This document shows positions 1-9,160 of a DNA stretch of 64,000 bases, piece by piece. The DNA is taken from positions 80,402 through 144,401 of the forward strand of contig CAJTXS010000001.1 in NCBI GenBank assembly GCA_910583735.1. The letters run 5' to 3'. This stretch comes from an uncultured Christensenella sp. Its GTDB lineage: Bacteria; Bacillota; Clostridia; Christensenellales; UBA3700. The position numbers and the translations under genes were made by a program. How positions within the stretch are numbered: position 1 is the stretch's first letter; every line of letters begins with the position of its first letter. The notes beneath the pieces are model-generated. The model did not search any database and was not told the origin of the DNA. It was given only the letters and a program-made list of their open reading frames with translations.

Positions 1-226
1 ATGACGATGCCGTCGAGGTCGCCAAAGGGAAGCATGTGGCGTCTATCGATTGCGATACCGTCATGTTCTTCTCGGTCTGTTTCCTGAGACCGTGCGGTCC
101 GTCCGAAACCATCACTTCAGGCACGCCCAAGCGTTCGATATCCTTAAAGTGCCACATATCCGTGCCCGAGCACAGAGATGCCTTTTCTTCAAGAGTCAAT
201 TGACTGACTATTTCGGGATGTTTCAT
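1..226 (-). CDS. Glycoside hydrolase family 3 (beta-glucosidase-like), N-terminal fragment; the gene continues past the left edge
   Basis: Reverse-complement translation from ATG at 226-224 gives MKHPEIVSQLTLEEKASLCSGTDMWHFKDIERLGVPEVMVSDGPHGLRKQTEKNMTVSQSIDATCFPLATSTASS. The LTLEEKA...LG[IV]P...V.DGPHGLRKQ block is the conserved GH3 N-terminus. It is absent from the ORF track because there is no stop in the window. Confidence 0.8.
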   Translation of the reverse strand, partial: MKHPEIVSQLTLEEKASLCSGTDMWHFKDIERLGVPEVMVSDGPHGLRKQTEKNMTVSQSIDATCFPLATSTASS

Positions 227-588
227 AATTTTCCTCACATATCAAATGTTAATATTATTGTAACATTATAATTACAGCGCGTCAATATCAAAACTTTGCG
301 CCGAGAAATAAAAAGACAAATATTTTTCGTTAAATTGCTCTGTCGGAAAGTATAAGCCACAAGACGAATTATAGCGACCGATACGGATTATATCGCGCTT
401 ATATCGATAAATTAATACAAATATATATCGACGTCGTCAATATTGTATATTTTGCGCACTTCACAGGGGTGTAGAATGAGTATGCGGTCAATCTTGTATG
501 CGTATATCGTATGTATAGCGTCTTATACTCGTATGATATATTAAAGCTATATTCGGTTAACCGACGCTATTGTATCTGGAGGCAGAGT

Positions 589-855
589 ATGATGCGTATC
601 GACTTCGGCACAAGGCAATGCGAGCCCATCAACGCCCGCGCAGAGATGTGCGCGGGCGATAAGATATTCTTAGACAGCGTGGTGAGGAGGGCAAAGCTCG
701 TCATGCAGGACATGTTTATCTTATCGGACAGATATAAGGAGCTCATACCGTCCGATACGCTTGGCGGCATTTACTCGGTGACGGTGCTGCTCGAGGATAT
801 CAGGGACTCGCTTTTGCTGGGGAGCGCGACTTGTAAAGAGGTAGTAAATAGATAA
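589..855 (+). CDS. Hypothetical small protein (88 aa)
   Basis: The ORF-track ORF 511-855 was trimmed to ATG 589, which sits 6 nt after a GGAGG SD (578-582). It ends at TAA 853-855, immediately before a terminator hairpin. I recognise no family. Confidence 0.45.
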   Translation: MMRIDFGTRQCEPINARAEMCAGDKIFLDSVVRRAKLVMQDMFILSDRYKELIPSDTLGGIYSVTVLLEDIRDSLLLGSATCKEVVNR

Positions 856-890
856 AAAAATAGGGAGCATTACGCTCCCTTGATTATTTA
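854..890. terminator. Bidirectional intrinsic terminator between convergent genes
   Basis: Stem AGGGAGC (862-868) pairs with GCTCCCT (74-80 of the same block, i.e. 874-880) around a 5-nt loop. An A7 run (854-860) gives a U-tract for the minus-strand XRE transcript. A T-rich tail (tgattattta) serves the plus strand. Confidence 0.7.
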
Positions 891-901
891 TAATAGTGAA
901 A

Positions 902-1108
902 TCAGATAATCTTCTTGTAGCCGAGCAACTCGTCGGTGGTGATATCGAATATATCCGCGAGCTTGCACAGCGTCTGCAATGAGGGCTCCGAAGTGCCGTT
1001 TTCGTAATGCGATACAGTTCTTTGAGAAACTCCCAGACTGTCTGCGAGCATCATTTGAGATATTTTTTTCTGTTTTCTGAACATTCTCAGGTTTTTTGCA
1101 AAATTCAT
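902..1108 (-). CDS. XRE-family helix-turn-helix transcriptional regulator (68 aa)
   Basis: MNFAKNLRMFRKQKKISQMMLADSLGVSQRTVSHYENGTSEPSLQTLCKLADIFDITTDELLG is a canonical Cro/CI-type HTH_3 pattern (ISQ..LA..LGVS...VS.YE.G...P....L..LA..F.....ELL). Confidence 0.9.
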   Translation of the reverse strand: MNFAKNLRMFRKQKKISQMMLADSLGVSQRTVSHYENGTSEPSLQTLCKLADIFDITTDELLGYKKII

Positions 1109-1393
1109 ATACGTATCTCCCTGTCAGTTATTATAGCATAACTTAAGTAAAATTTCAATATCTTTTTTCATATCGATTTATTGCCGCCCGATATCGATTA
1201 TATACATCGCAATATATCTTGAGCGCGTATTGTCATGTTTTAACGCGGGTAAGAGGCGTATCTCTCATTTTAATATAAAAAAATTCATTTCAAAACGGAT
1301 ATGCGCGCGGATTTTTATATCGGTAAGATAGCGCGCACGATTGCGTCGAATACTTATTATATAAAGATAAATAATATATAGACGGTAAAGTAG

Positions 1394-1422
1394 TTGAAAA
1401 GGCTGCGCTTTTCCGTTATAAT
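1394..1422 (+). promoter_or_regulatory. Sigma-70-type promoter for the 1,072-aa lipoprotein gene
   Basis: TTGAAA (1394-1399), a 17-nt spacer, then TATAAT (1417-1422), 47 nt upstream of ATG 1469. Confidence 0.6.
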
Positions 1423-1468
1423 ATATACGTATACATAAAGGATACAATTCGCCATCGGGTGGAAATAT

Positions 1469-4400
1469 ATGAATAAAAAGAGAATTACAGCTATTATATT
1501 GATAATATGCGCGGTCTTGACGATAGTCGCCGCGGTTGCCGCATGTAATGGCGCCAAGCAGCTTGACGAGCCTAAAGGCTTTACTTTGGATAAGGACAAC
1601 GACGCTCTCGTGTGGGACGCGGTCGAGAATGCTTACAGCTATGCAGTATATTACACCATAGGACGCGACGGCGAGCGCAGAGGCAATCAGATAGTCAAGG
1701 AGCCGAAAGTCTCTTTATCGGGCATAGTCGAGCAGGGCGAATATATTATATATGTTCAGGCGCTTGCGGAAAACGACGAATTTAAGGACAGCAAGATATC
1801 CGAGTACGTATATAAAAGGGGCAACAATATCGCAACTCCAACAGGCGGCAAAGTAGAGGTTAAGCAGAAAGAGGGCGGTAAATACCTCTCCGTGACATGG
1901 AATGCCGTATCCAACGCGGCGTCTTATACCGTAACCGTGCGCTCCAAGACGGGCGATAAGGAGCTGGTTTCGCTTAATGTCGAGGGCGCGGCTTGCGAGC
2001 TTACTGAGTTCGAGGACAAGGATTCGTCCAACAACGTTCAGATTAAGAAGTTCGCCGAGACGCCCGACCTCTATTACATTACAGTGCGCGCGAATTCTTC
2101 TTCCGACGAATATATGAATTCCGCCCGTTATACCTTTGAGTACGTGGTCAAGGGCACTCTCAACACGCCTTACATCACTAAGCTGGAGATATCGGGAGAA
2201 AACTCCAAGAGGATAAGATGGGACGGCAACACCAACTCCCAAGGCGTCACCGTAGAGGCTTGGCGCATAGGAGATGGCGAGACTAAGGAGAGCGTACTCG
2301 AAAAGGCGCAGAATAATACCTTCGACAAGGAGACGGAGGGTAACTATTATTCTTATACTCCGTCGTCTAAGACAGCTACCACATGCCAGATATCTTCTTT
2401 GAATATTGCTAAGCCGGGCGAGTATGTGCTCACCGTCACCGCGAAGGGCGATGAGAGCGGTATATACGACACCGTGGGACCCGTATCCGGAGACGCGGGA
2501 GATATATATACTGTAAGAAGGCTGTCCGACGTCATACAGGCGGCTTCCGCAGTCATACCTCAAGGCAGCGATGTATATGCTCATCTCGATTATAAGAACG
2601 GAGCCAACAGACTGTACGACGCGGTTAAGATATATGTAAGCAAGAGCTATCTCGAGATAGCCGATACCTTTAAGATAGTGCTGACTTCTTACAATGTGAC
2701 TTCGTCCAATTCCATCAATGACATAAGCGTCAATATCAATGTTAAGCCGGAAGAATCCGAAGAGGGCGAGCAGACGAGAACCGGCGAGAAGAAGTACACA
2801 GTGTCGGATACCTACAACGGTTCGGAGATAGCCGAAAGCGGCGAATATATCGTAATCACCTACGATATTGACAAGATATTCCATGCCGAAGAAGACGGAG
2901 AGATTGTCCATAAGCAATCTATGGACAGCGCCAAGTCGGCATACGGAAGGTATTTCAATGTGTCTGTGCAGGCAAGCAACGGTAAGACCGATTCGGGACA
3001 AAAGACCGCATATATCGCAGGCGGCTCTAAGACAATGGACAATTACTATCTGTCTTACTGCGAGCCCGAAACGGACGAGCAAGGCAGATATGTGATAGAC
3101 ACCGCTTACGTTAAGGACGGCGATGTAGATACGGCGCAGATTAAGACCTTTGCATTTGCCAAGCTCATGTATATCCAAGCGCTTATGCTCAAGAACGATA
3201 ATTGCAGCGGTAAGACTTTCGTAATAGCGGAGAATATCGACGCGAGCGGCAACGCTTGGCTCTCTCTCGAGGGCTTTGCGGGCTCTATCGTGAGCGGCAC
3301 CGCCAAGTATACCGCGCCCGACGGAACTACGAGCGAGACGGAAGGAAATTATTATATAAGGAATCTTGTCGTCAAGAACAGCGGCGCAATAGAATACTCT
3401 AAGAAGGAAGAGGACGCTACGACTATCAAGAGCTTCGGCAAGCAATACGGGCTCTTCGCATCGATTAACGAGACGGGCTCTATTGTCGGAGTCGGCTTCA
3501 TTAATATACAGCTTACCGACAGCGAGTATAAGTTCACATATAAGGTAGAGGAGAACGATAAGGAAGTCGATAAGACGGATTATCTCTACACCGATTATAC
3601 GGGAGCGCTCGCAGGTATCAATAAGGGCAGGATCGAGGACGTATATGTCAGCGGCGAGATTAAGTCGCACAATTATGTCGGAGGCGTAACAGGCAGCAAT
3701 GTATCGGGCGCAACGCTACGCGCGGTAGAGTGCTCTGTCAAGATTACTGCCGAGCATAAAGATGAGAATGTCAACGCGGCTGTAGGCGGACTGGTTGCTG
3801 TCAATGCGGGCGATATATTCGCATCGTCTGCTTTGGGCGAAGTATCAGTCGAGTCCGACTTCGAGAGCAGCAGCGATAAGTATCTCGCGGTAGGAGGCTT
3901 ACTCGGCATTAATGCCACTTCCGGCAGGGTCGAGAGCAGCTATGCGGAGTGCGACGTCAAGACTGTATCCGCAAGAGTTAACTATACGGGCGGCTTCGTG
4001 GGCTTTAACGAGGCGGGCGCAAGAGTAGTATCTTGCTATGCGGGCGCCAAGCATTCGGGCAATATCGCAGGCAGCGGCAACGCGGTCAGAGGTTTCGCGG
4101 CAGGCGGATTCGCAGGTAAGAACAGCGGCAGCATCAATACCGCATACTCCGTTGCGAGAGTGTCGGGCGATATGAGCGACGGCACGGGCGGCTTTGCCGG
4201 TATTAACGACGGTACTATTGATTACGCTTATGCCGCGGGCAGGACGCTTAGAGGCGGCGTGGAGCTTAACGGAGATAAGTCTATGTTCGCAGGCAGCGGA
4301 ACAATGGGACTTACCGATTGCTTTGTACAGAGATATATTTCCGATTTGAGCACGGTCAACAACGCTTTACTCAAGGAGCACGGCATGTCCAATGCCGACG

Positions 4401-4687
4401 GATATAATACCTATGTTCTCGACGGGGTGCTGTATCCCAACGTGAGAGAGGCTAAGGTCAACAGGAACGGAATATGCGACGCCAAGGCAATTGCCGCAGT
4501 GAACGATTCCGTCGCTACGGCGCTGTATACCTCTCCCGATTTCAATCTCGAAGGATATACTCTCGATGTTAAGATAAGCGGGGGTATGTCGAGCTTCAGC
4601 ATGTCGGGCACCGTATTGCTCAAGTATCAGCTTGTTAAGGACGGAGCGATTATGTCGTCGTCTACAATAGTAATTACTGTAAGCTAG
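1469..4687 (+). CDS. Surface lipoprotein with Fn3-like domains and GLUG-motif repeats (1,072 aa)
   Basis: The signal peptide MNKKRITAIILIICAVLTIVAAVAAC has lipobox V-A-A-C. Fn3-like signatures W-x-x-V-x-N-A-x-S-Y occur at W codons 1613 (LVWDAVENAYSYAVYY), 1898 (VTWNAVSNAASYTVTV) and 2219. About seven GLUG-like repeats lie at 3595-4250 (AVGGLVAVNAGDI, VGGLLGINATSGRVESSYA, TGGFVGFNEAGARVVSCYA, AGGFAGKNSGSINTAYS, TGGFAGINDGTIDYAYA). Confidence 0.85.
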   Translation: MNKKRITAIILIICAVLTIVAAVAACNGAKQLDEPKGFTLDKDNDALVWDAVENAYSYAVYYTIGRDGERRGNQIVKEPKVSLSGIVEQGEYIIYVQALAENDEFKDSKISEYVYKRGNNIATPTGGKVEVKQKEGGKYLSVTWNAVSNAASYTVTVRSKTGDKELVSLNVEGAACELTEFEDKDSSNNVQIKKFAETPDLYYITVRANSSSDEYMNSARYTFEYVVKGTLNTPYITKLEISGENSKRIRWDGNTNSQGVTVEAWRIGDGETKESVLEKAQNNTFDKETEGNYYSYTPSSKTATTCQISSLNIAKPGEYVLTVTAKGDESGIYDTVGPVSGDAGDIYTVRRLSDVIQAASAVIPQGSDVYAHLDYKNGANRLYDAVKIYVSKSYLEIADTFKIVLTSYNVTSSNSINDISVNINVKPEESEEGEQTRTGEKKYTVSDTYNGSEIAESGEYIVITYDIDKIFHAEEDGEIVHKQSMDSAKSAYGRYFNVSVQASNGKTDSGQKTAYIAGGSKTMDNYYLSYCEPETDEQGRYVIDTAYVKDGDVDTAQIKTFAFAKLMYIQALMLKNDNCSGKTFVIAENIDASGNAWLSLEGFAGSIVSGTAKYTAPDGTTSETEGNYYIRNLVVKNSGAIEYSKKEEDATTIKSFGKQYGLFASINETGSIVGVGFINIQLTDSEYKFTYKVEENDKEVDKTDYLYTDYTGALAGINKGRIEDVYVSGEIKSHNYVGGVTGSNVSGATLRAVECSVKITAEHKDENVNAAVGGLVAVNAGDIFASSALGEVSVESDFESSSDKYLAVGGLLGINATSGRVESSYAECDVKTVSARVNYTGGFVGFNEAGARVVSCYAGAKHSGNIAGSGNAVRGFAAGGFAGKNSGSINTAYSVARVSGDMSDGTGGFAGINDGTIDYAYAAGRTLRGGVELNGDKSMFAGSGTMGLTDCFVQRYISDLSTVNNALLKEHGMSNADGYNTYVLDGVLYPNVREAKVNRNGICDAKAIAAVNDSVATALYTSPDFNLEGYTLDVKISGGMSSFSMSGTVLLKYQLVKDGAIMSSSTIVITVS

Positions 4688-4717
4688 AAACGCATTAGTT
4701 GAGAATGCTGCATTGGA

Positions 4718-4754
4718 AGTGGGGCGCGGCTTGTCTGCGTCCCATTTTCGTTTT
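4718..4754 (+). terminator. Intrinsic terminator after the lipoprotein gene
   Basis: Stem GGGGCGC (4721-4727) pairs with GCGTCCC (4737-4743), with one G-U pair, followed by TTTTCGTTTT. Confidence 0.6.
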
Positions 4755-5233
4755 ATAAGCTTTATGTCTGCTTTATAGTGACAGCATACTTTAATATTGT
4801 CATGAGCGCGTGTGTATTATAAATATATAATAAGCTAACGCATTTTTTGTATTCGCCTACCTATTTTTAGCAATAACTAATCTTCGAAATGTGTTACTTT
4901 ATAAAGCTGCTTTTTCGGATGTATATCATCAATATGTATAAGCTGCGGGCAACGCGATGTCGGATAAATATTTCCAATTCGATTGCAAGCTGTTTACAGT
5001 TTTATTCATGAGATGCTGCATTGCATCGCTTGTGCGACAATCTTTATATTCTCTATATCAAGCAGCCTTTATATTAATAGTTAAGCGTGTCGCTATTATA
5101 GCAATAGGCTCTTTTACGGACATAAAAGCTGTCTTTTAGACAATATTTAAGCCGCAGATTTTCTATTTGGATATGCATCGAACGATCAATGTCGTAAAAT
5201 CGAAATTCTTGTAAAAAATCATTATTCAAATAC

Positions 5234-5262
5234 TTGACAGTTAATGAGCGTAATTATATAAT
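5234..5262 (+). promoter_or_regulatory. Consensus sigma-70-type promoter of the regulator/pot operon
   Basis: Perfect TTGACA (5234-5239), a 17-nt spacer, then TATAAT (5257-5262), 84 nt upstream of ATG 5346. Confidence 0.7.
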
Positions 5263-5345
5263 TTGTTTACTATTACTAAACCAAGTGTTTATTAAAATCA
5301 AACTAATATCGGATTGGATTAGTATAAGTAAACAAGAGGTCAAGT

Positions 5346-5879
5346 ATGGATATAGGCGAGAAAATCAAATTGCTCCGATACAGATGCGGTCTTACGCAAG
5401 AGGAGCTTGCGGATAGGTGCGAACTTACCAAAGGTTACATATCGCAGCTCGAGAATGATGTCACATCCCCGTCGATAGCTACGCTGATGGATATATTGGC
5501 GGCTTTGGGGAGCGACCTTAAGCAGTTTTTCAGCGAGGAAGTGGAGGAGCAAGCGGTCTTTTCTTCCGGCGACTATTTCGTCAAGAAGAATTCCGGGCAG
5601 ACGATCGTGTGGCTCGTGCCCAATTCTCAAAAGAACGAGATGGAGCCCATCCTTACCGAGCTTAAGCCGGGCGTGGCTACCATGCAGGATATGCCGCACG
5701 AGGGCGAGGAGTTCGGCTACGTACTGTCGGGAGAGGTGAGACTGCATCTCGGTAAAAAGACGTACGACGTGCCCAAGGGCAGCAGTTTTTATTTCACAGC
5801 GTCAAAAATTCATTATTTGACCAATGAGGGCAAGACCACGGCTAAGGTGCTGTGGGTGTCTGCGCCTCCCACTTTCTGA
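5346..5879 (+). CDS. XRE HTH + cupin-domain transcriptional regulator (PuuR-like)
   Basis: The N-terminal HTH is [35 protein letters not shown]. The C-terminal cupin-like beta-barrel is [19 protein letters not shown]...[10 protein letters not shown]. It lies directly upstream of potABCD. Confidence 0.85.
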   Translation: MDIGEKIKLLRYRCGLTQEELADRCELTKGYISQLENDVTSPSIATLMDILAALGSDLKQFFSEEVEEQAVFSSGDYFVKKNSGQTIVWLVPNSQKNEMEPILTELKPGVATMQDMPHEGEEFGYVLSGEVRLHLGKKTYDVPKGSSFYFTASKIHYLTNEGKTTAKVLWVSAPPTF

Positions 5880-5893
5880 TATCGGAGACAGAT

Positions 5894-7531
5894 ATGAATT
5901 CAATCATAGAACTTAAGCAACTCACCAAGAGGTTCGGCGATAAGACGGTCGTCGACAATGTCAATTTGACCATTAAAAAGGGCGACTTCGTCACCTTGCT
6001 GGGACCGAGCGGCTGCGGCAAGACTACCACTTTGCGCATGATAGCGGGACTCGATTATCCCACCGAGGGCGAAGTGTTGTTCAACGGCAGCGATATGGCG
6101 GGACTGCCTCCGCACAAGAGACCCGTCAATACGGTCTTTCAGAAGTACGCGCTCTTTCCCCATCTCAATGTGTTCGAGAATATCGCGTTCGGACTGCGTC
6201 TTAAGACTGTCGAGGTAGAGGCGGCGGACAGAAAGGGCGTAGCTTATATGAAGAAAATCAAGCTCAGCGATATGCCCGTAGAGCAGACTTATACGGACAG
6301 AAAGGGTAACGCAAAGGTCAAGACCGTCAAGTTTAAGAATCAATATAAGATAGAGGAATACGTAGATAAAAAGGGTAGAGCCAAGAAGCGCAAGGTATGG
6401 CTGTACGACAAGTATATCACCGACAAGGTCAAGCGCGCGCTCAAGATAGTGGGCTTGACCGATTACGAGAACAGGGATGTCAATTCGCTCTCGGGCGGAC
6501 AGCAACAGCGCGTGGCTATAGCGAGAGCTATAGTCAACGAGCCGCAAGTACTGCTTCTCGACGAGCCTCTCGGCGCTCTCGACCTTAAGATGAGGCAGGA
6601 AATGCAGTTGGAGCTTAAGGAGATGCACCGCAACCTCGGTATCACATTTATCTATGTCACGCACGATCAAGAAGAGGCGCTCACCATGAGCGACTCGGTA
6701 GTGGTAATGCGCGACGGCAAGATATTGCAGGTGGGCAGCCCTATAGATATATACAACGAGCCCGCCAACTCTTACGTGGCGGATTTTATAGGCGAGTCAA
6801 ATATATTGAACGGCGTCATGCTTGAGGATTACAGCGTCAAGTTTATATCGCACACATTCGAGTGCGTGGACAAGGGCTTTGCACCCAATCAGAACGTCGA
6901 CGTAGTCATACGTCCAGAGGACTGGCTCGTATCGTCCGACATTAAGGGGGCGCAGATCACAGGTGTTATCACATCCAGCCTGTTCAGAGGCGTGCATTAC
7001 GAGATGGAATGCTTGAGCAACGACCACACGCTAATTATCCACAATGTGGACGAATTCCCCGTGGGTAGCACCGTCGGGCTATGCGTCGCGCCCGACGACA
7101 TACATATCATGAGGAAGGAAAAGGAGTTTAACTCTTTCAAGGCGGTCTTTGTCTCCGACAATCAGTTGCAGATATGCGGAGCGACTTTCGATTGCGATCC
7201 CGCAGCGCTTATTGCGGGGGCAAGCTATGACGCGGAAGGCGATATCGTAGTGATAGAGGGAGAGCAAGTCAGTCTTAAGGGCAGAGAGATAGATGTTAGA
7301 GTAGACTTCGATAAGATAGAGATAGAGGACGACGAGAACAATGCTCCGCTCGCAGGCAATATCGAGTCGATGATTTACAACGGCAAGAGCTACATTGTGT
7401 CTATCATGACCGACGCGGGAGAAGTTGTGCTCGCCGATACGGAGTATCTGTGGGATAAGGGCGACAGGATAGGCGTCAAGATAGCGCCTTGCGACTTTAT
7501 AGCGATAAGGAGCGACGATGAAGAAGTTTAA
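5894..7531 (+). CDS. potA: Spermidine/putrescine ABC importer ATPase PotA, atypically long (545 aa)
   Basis: Walker A is GPSGCGKTT, the Q-loop region is [21 protein letters not shown], the signature is [14 protein letters not shown] and Walker B is [11 protein letters not shown]. The start was moved to ATG 5894 (GGAG SD at 5884-5887); the track start 5852 overlaps the regulator gene. It contains an insertion (about 6208-6425) and an additional C-terminal domain. Confidence 0.9.
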   Translation: MNSIIELKQLTKRFGDKTVVDNVNLTIKKGDFVTLLGPSGCGKTTTLRMIAGLDYPTEGEVLFNGSDMAGLPPHKRPVNTVFQKYALFPHLNVFENIAFGLRLKTVEVEAADRKGVAYMKKIKLSDMPVEQTYTDRKGNAKVKTVKFKNQYKIEEYVDKKGRAKKRKVWLYDKYITDKVKRALKIVGLTDYENRDVNSLSGGQQQRVAIARAIVNEPQVLLLDEPLGALDLKMRQEMQLELKEMHRNLGITFIYVTHDQEEALTMSDSVVVMRDGKILQVGSPIDIYNEPANSYVADFIGESNILNGVMLEDYSVKFISHTFECVDKGFAPNQNVDVVIRPEDWLVSSDIKGAQITGVITSSLFRGVHYEMECLSNDHTLIIHNVDEFPVGSTVGLCVAPDDIHIMRKEKEFNSFKAVFVSDNQLQICGATFDCDPAALIAGASYDAEGDIVVIEGEQVSLKGREIDVRVDFDKIEIEDDENNAPLAGNIESMIYNGKSYIVSIMTDAGEVVLADTEYLWDKGDRIGVKIAPCDFIAIRSDDEEV

Positions 7532-8327
7532 GACATTCACGCGCAAGTATCTGTGCTTGCCTTACGGCATATTTATGTTCGTCTTTATAGTCATGCCGCT
7601 CATAATATTGCTCCTGTACGCATTCTCGGTCAAGGACGGCACCGGCGGACTTTCTTTCGAGTTCACGTTCGACAACTTTGCATCGGTGTTCAAGAGCGAC
7701 AACCTCGCTATGCTGGGCAGGTCGCTGCTCATAGGACTTATCACTACGCTGATATGCCTTATTATCGGATATCCCGTAGCCTATCTGCTTGCAGACAAGA
7801 AGTTGCGATTCGGACCTACGATAGTTATGCTGTTCATGATACCCATGTGGGTTAACTTCCTCCTGCGCACGCTCGCGACAAAAGCGATGTTTGAATTCAT
7901 AGGCATAGAGATGGGCATGGGCACGGTGATATTCGGCATGGTATACAATTATCTGCCGTTTATGATAATGCCTATATATACCACTATCAGTAAGATAGAT
8001 TACTCGCTGGTAGAAGGCGCCGCAGACCTCGGCGCCAATTCCGCAGTCACGTTTACCAAGGTGATTTTCCCGCTGTCTATCCCCGGTGTGCTCAGCGGCA
8101 TAACCATGGTGTTCACGCCTACGATTACCACCTTTGCTATATCCAAGCTGCTCAGCGGCAGCAAGATATCGCTGATAGGCGACTATATCGACTTGCAGGT
8201 AGAGTACATGAATTACAATGTTGCAGCAGCTATCTCGTTAGTAATAGTGGTGATAGTGGGAATATCCATGCTGGTGGTCAATAAGTACGACAAGGACAAC
8301 TCGACGATGGGAGGCGGATTATGGTAA
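7518..8327 (+). CDS. potB: Spermidine/putrescine ABC permease PotB
   Basis: Multi-TM protein in the potA-B-C-D order, with a start overlapping the potA stop. The EAA-like loop is [26 protein letters not shown]. Confidence 0.85.
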   Translation: MKKFKTFTRKYLCLPYGIFMFVFIVMPLIILLLYAFSVKDGTGGLSFEFTFDNFASVFKSDNLAMLGRSLLIGLITTLICLIIGYPVAYLLADKKLRFGPTIVMLFMIPMWVNFLLRTLATKAMFEFIGIEMGMGTVIFGMVYNYLPFMIMPIYTTISKIDYSLVEGAADLGANSAVTFTKVIFPLSIPGVLSGITMVFTPTITTFAISKLLSGSKISLIGDYIDLQVEYMNYNVAAAISLVIVVIVGISMLVVNKYDKDNSTMGGGLW

Positions 8328-9160
8328 AGTATAATAAGAAAAAGATAATCGCGTCCGTCTTCCTCGGACTGGTGATTGCGATACTGTATCTGCCTATCAT
8401 ATGGCTGATAGTATTCTCCTTCACCAATACCACATCGATATCCAACTGGAGCGGCTTCTCGCTCGATGCGTATAAGGAGCTCTTTGCAGGGACGTCGAGC
8501 GGCGAGATATTCTCCGCGCTGTGCAATACCTTGTTTATAGCATTGATAGCTTCGGCAATATCCACCATACTCGGGACGCTCGCTGCAATCGGCATCAACA
8601 GCCTGCGCAACAAGAGAGTAAAGGCTGCCTATTCCGCCGTCAATCAGATACCTATGGTAAATTCCGAGATAGTTAGCGCGATAGGCTTAATGCTGCTGTT
8701 CGGATTGTTCAAGACGATATTTCCCATGCAAGGCAATGTCGAGATGGTAGCGGTAATATTCGCTCACGTGGCGTTCTGTACGCCTTATGTGGTCCTTAAC
8801 GTGTTGCCTCGTATAAGGCAGACGGACAATAAGATATACGAGGCGGCGCTCGATCTCGGTTGCACACCGTGGCAGGCGCTGCGTAAGGTAGTCATACCCG
8901 ATATTATGCCGGGCATTGTGATGGGCTTTATGATGAGCGTTACGCTGTCGGTAGACGACTTCGTAATCACCAACTTCACAATAGACGGCTTTTATACACT
9001 GTCCACTTTGATATACTCTAAGGCGAGCGGTAAGAAGCCTCTGCCCATAGAGATGAGGGCGTTGTCTGCGATTATCTTCATCGTAATACTGCTTGTCATG
9101 CTGGGCATAACCAAAGCCAACCAAAAGAGCGCGGATAAAGACAAGGCGGTGAAGAAATGA
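8321..9160 (+). CDS. potC: Spermidine/putrescine ABC permease PotC
   Basis: Multi-TM protein with EAA loop YEAALDLGCTPWQALRKVVIPDIMPG. It overlaps both neighbours, which suggests translational coupling. Confidence 0.85.
   Translation: MVKYNKKKIIASVFLGLVIAILYLPIIWLIVFSFTNTTSISNWSGFSLDAYKELFAGTSSGEIFSALCNTLFIALIASAISTILGTLAAIGINSLRNKRVKAAYSAVNQIPMVNSEIVSAIGLMLLFGLFKTIFPMQGNVEMVAVIFAHVAFCTPYVVLNVLPRIRQTDNKIYEAALDLGCTPWQALRKVVIPDIMPGIVMGFMMSVTLSVDDFVITNFTIDGFYTLSTLIYSKASGKKPLPIEMRALSAIIFIVILLVMLGITKANQKSADKDKAVKK

Noticed and set aside
378-1204. Similar 17-mers CCGATACGGATTATATC (378-394) and CCGATATCGATTATATA (1188-1204) flank the small-ORF/XRE pair.
   Set aside because: Only 14 of 17 positions are identical, they are AT-rich, and no terminal inverted repeats or recombinase lie between them. 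The match is most likely chance or a weak operator motif.
1715-3670. A 651-aa antisense ORF inside the 1,072-aa lipoprotein gene. Similar ORFs include 33921-36014 (697 aa), 48081-50357 (758 aa), 52760-51498, 59852-61984 (710 aa) and many shorter ones.
   Set aside because: All lie fully antisense to frames that carry clear signal peptides and domain signatures. Their translations are R/I/V/Y/L-rich, with no motifs, no SD and no promoter. Long stop-free antisense frames are expected when the sense strand rarely uses the TTA, CTA and TCA codons. I treat them as codon-bias artefacts.
4755-5233. A long AT-rich intergenic region containing a 60-aa ORF (4957-5139).
   Set aside because: The ORF has no SD and a Phe/Cys/Ile-rich composition. 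The region is best read as non-coding spacer and promoter DNA. An sRNA cannot be excluded, but I saw no promoter-terminator pair.
5852-5893. An upstream start for potA ([14 protein letters not shown]...).
   Set aside because: It overlaps the 3' end of the regulator gene and has no SD. ATG 5894 has a GGAG SD and gives the normal ABC ATPase N-terminus ([13 protein letters not shown]).
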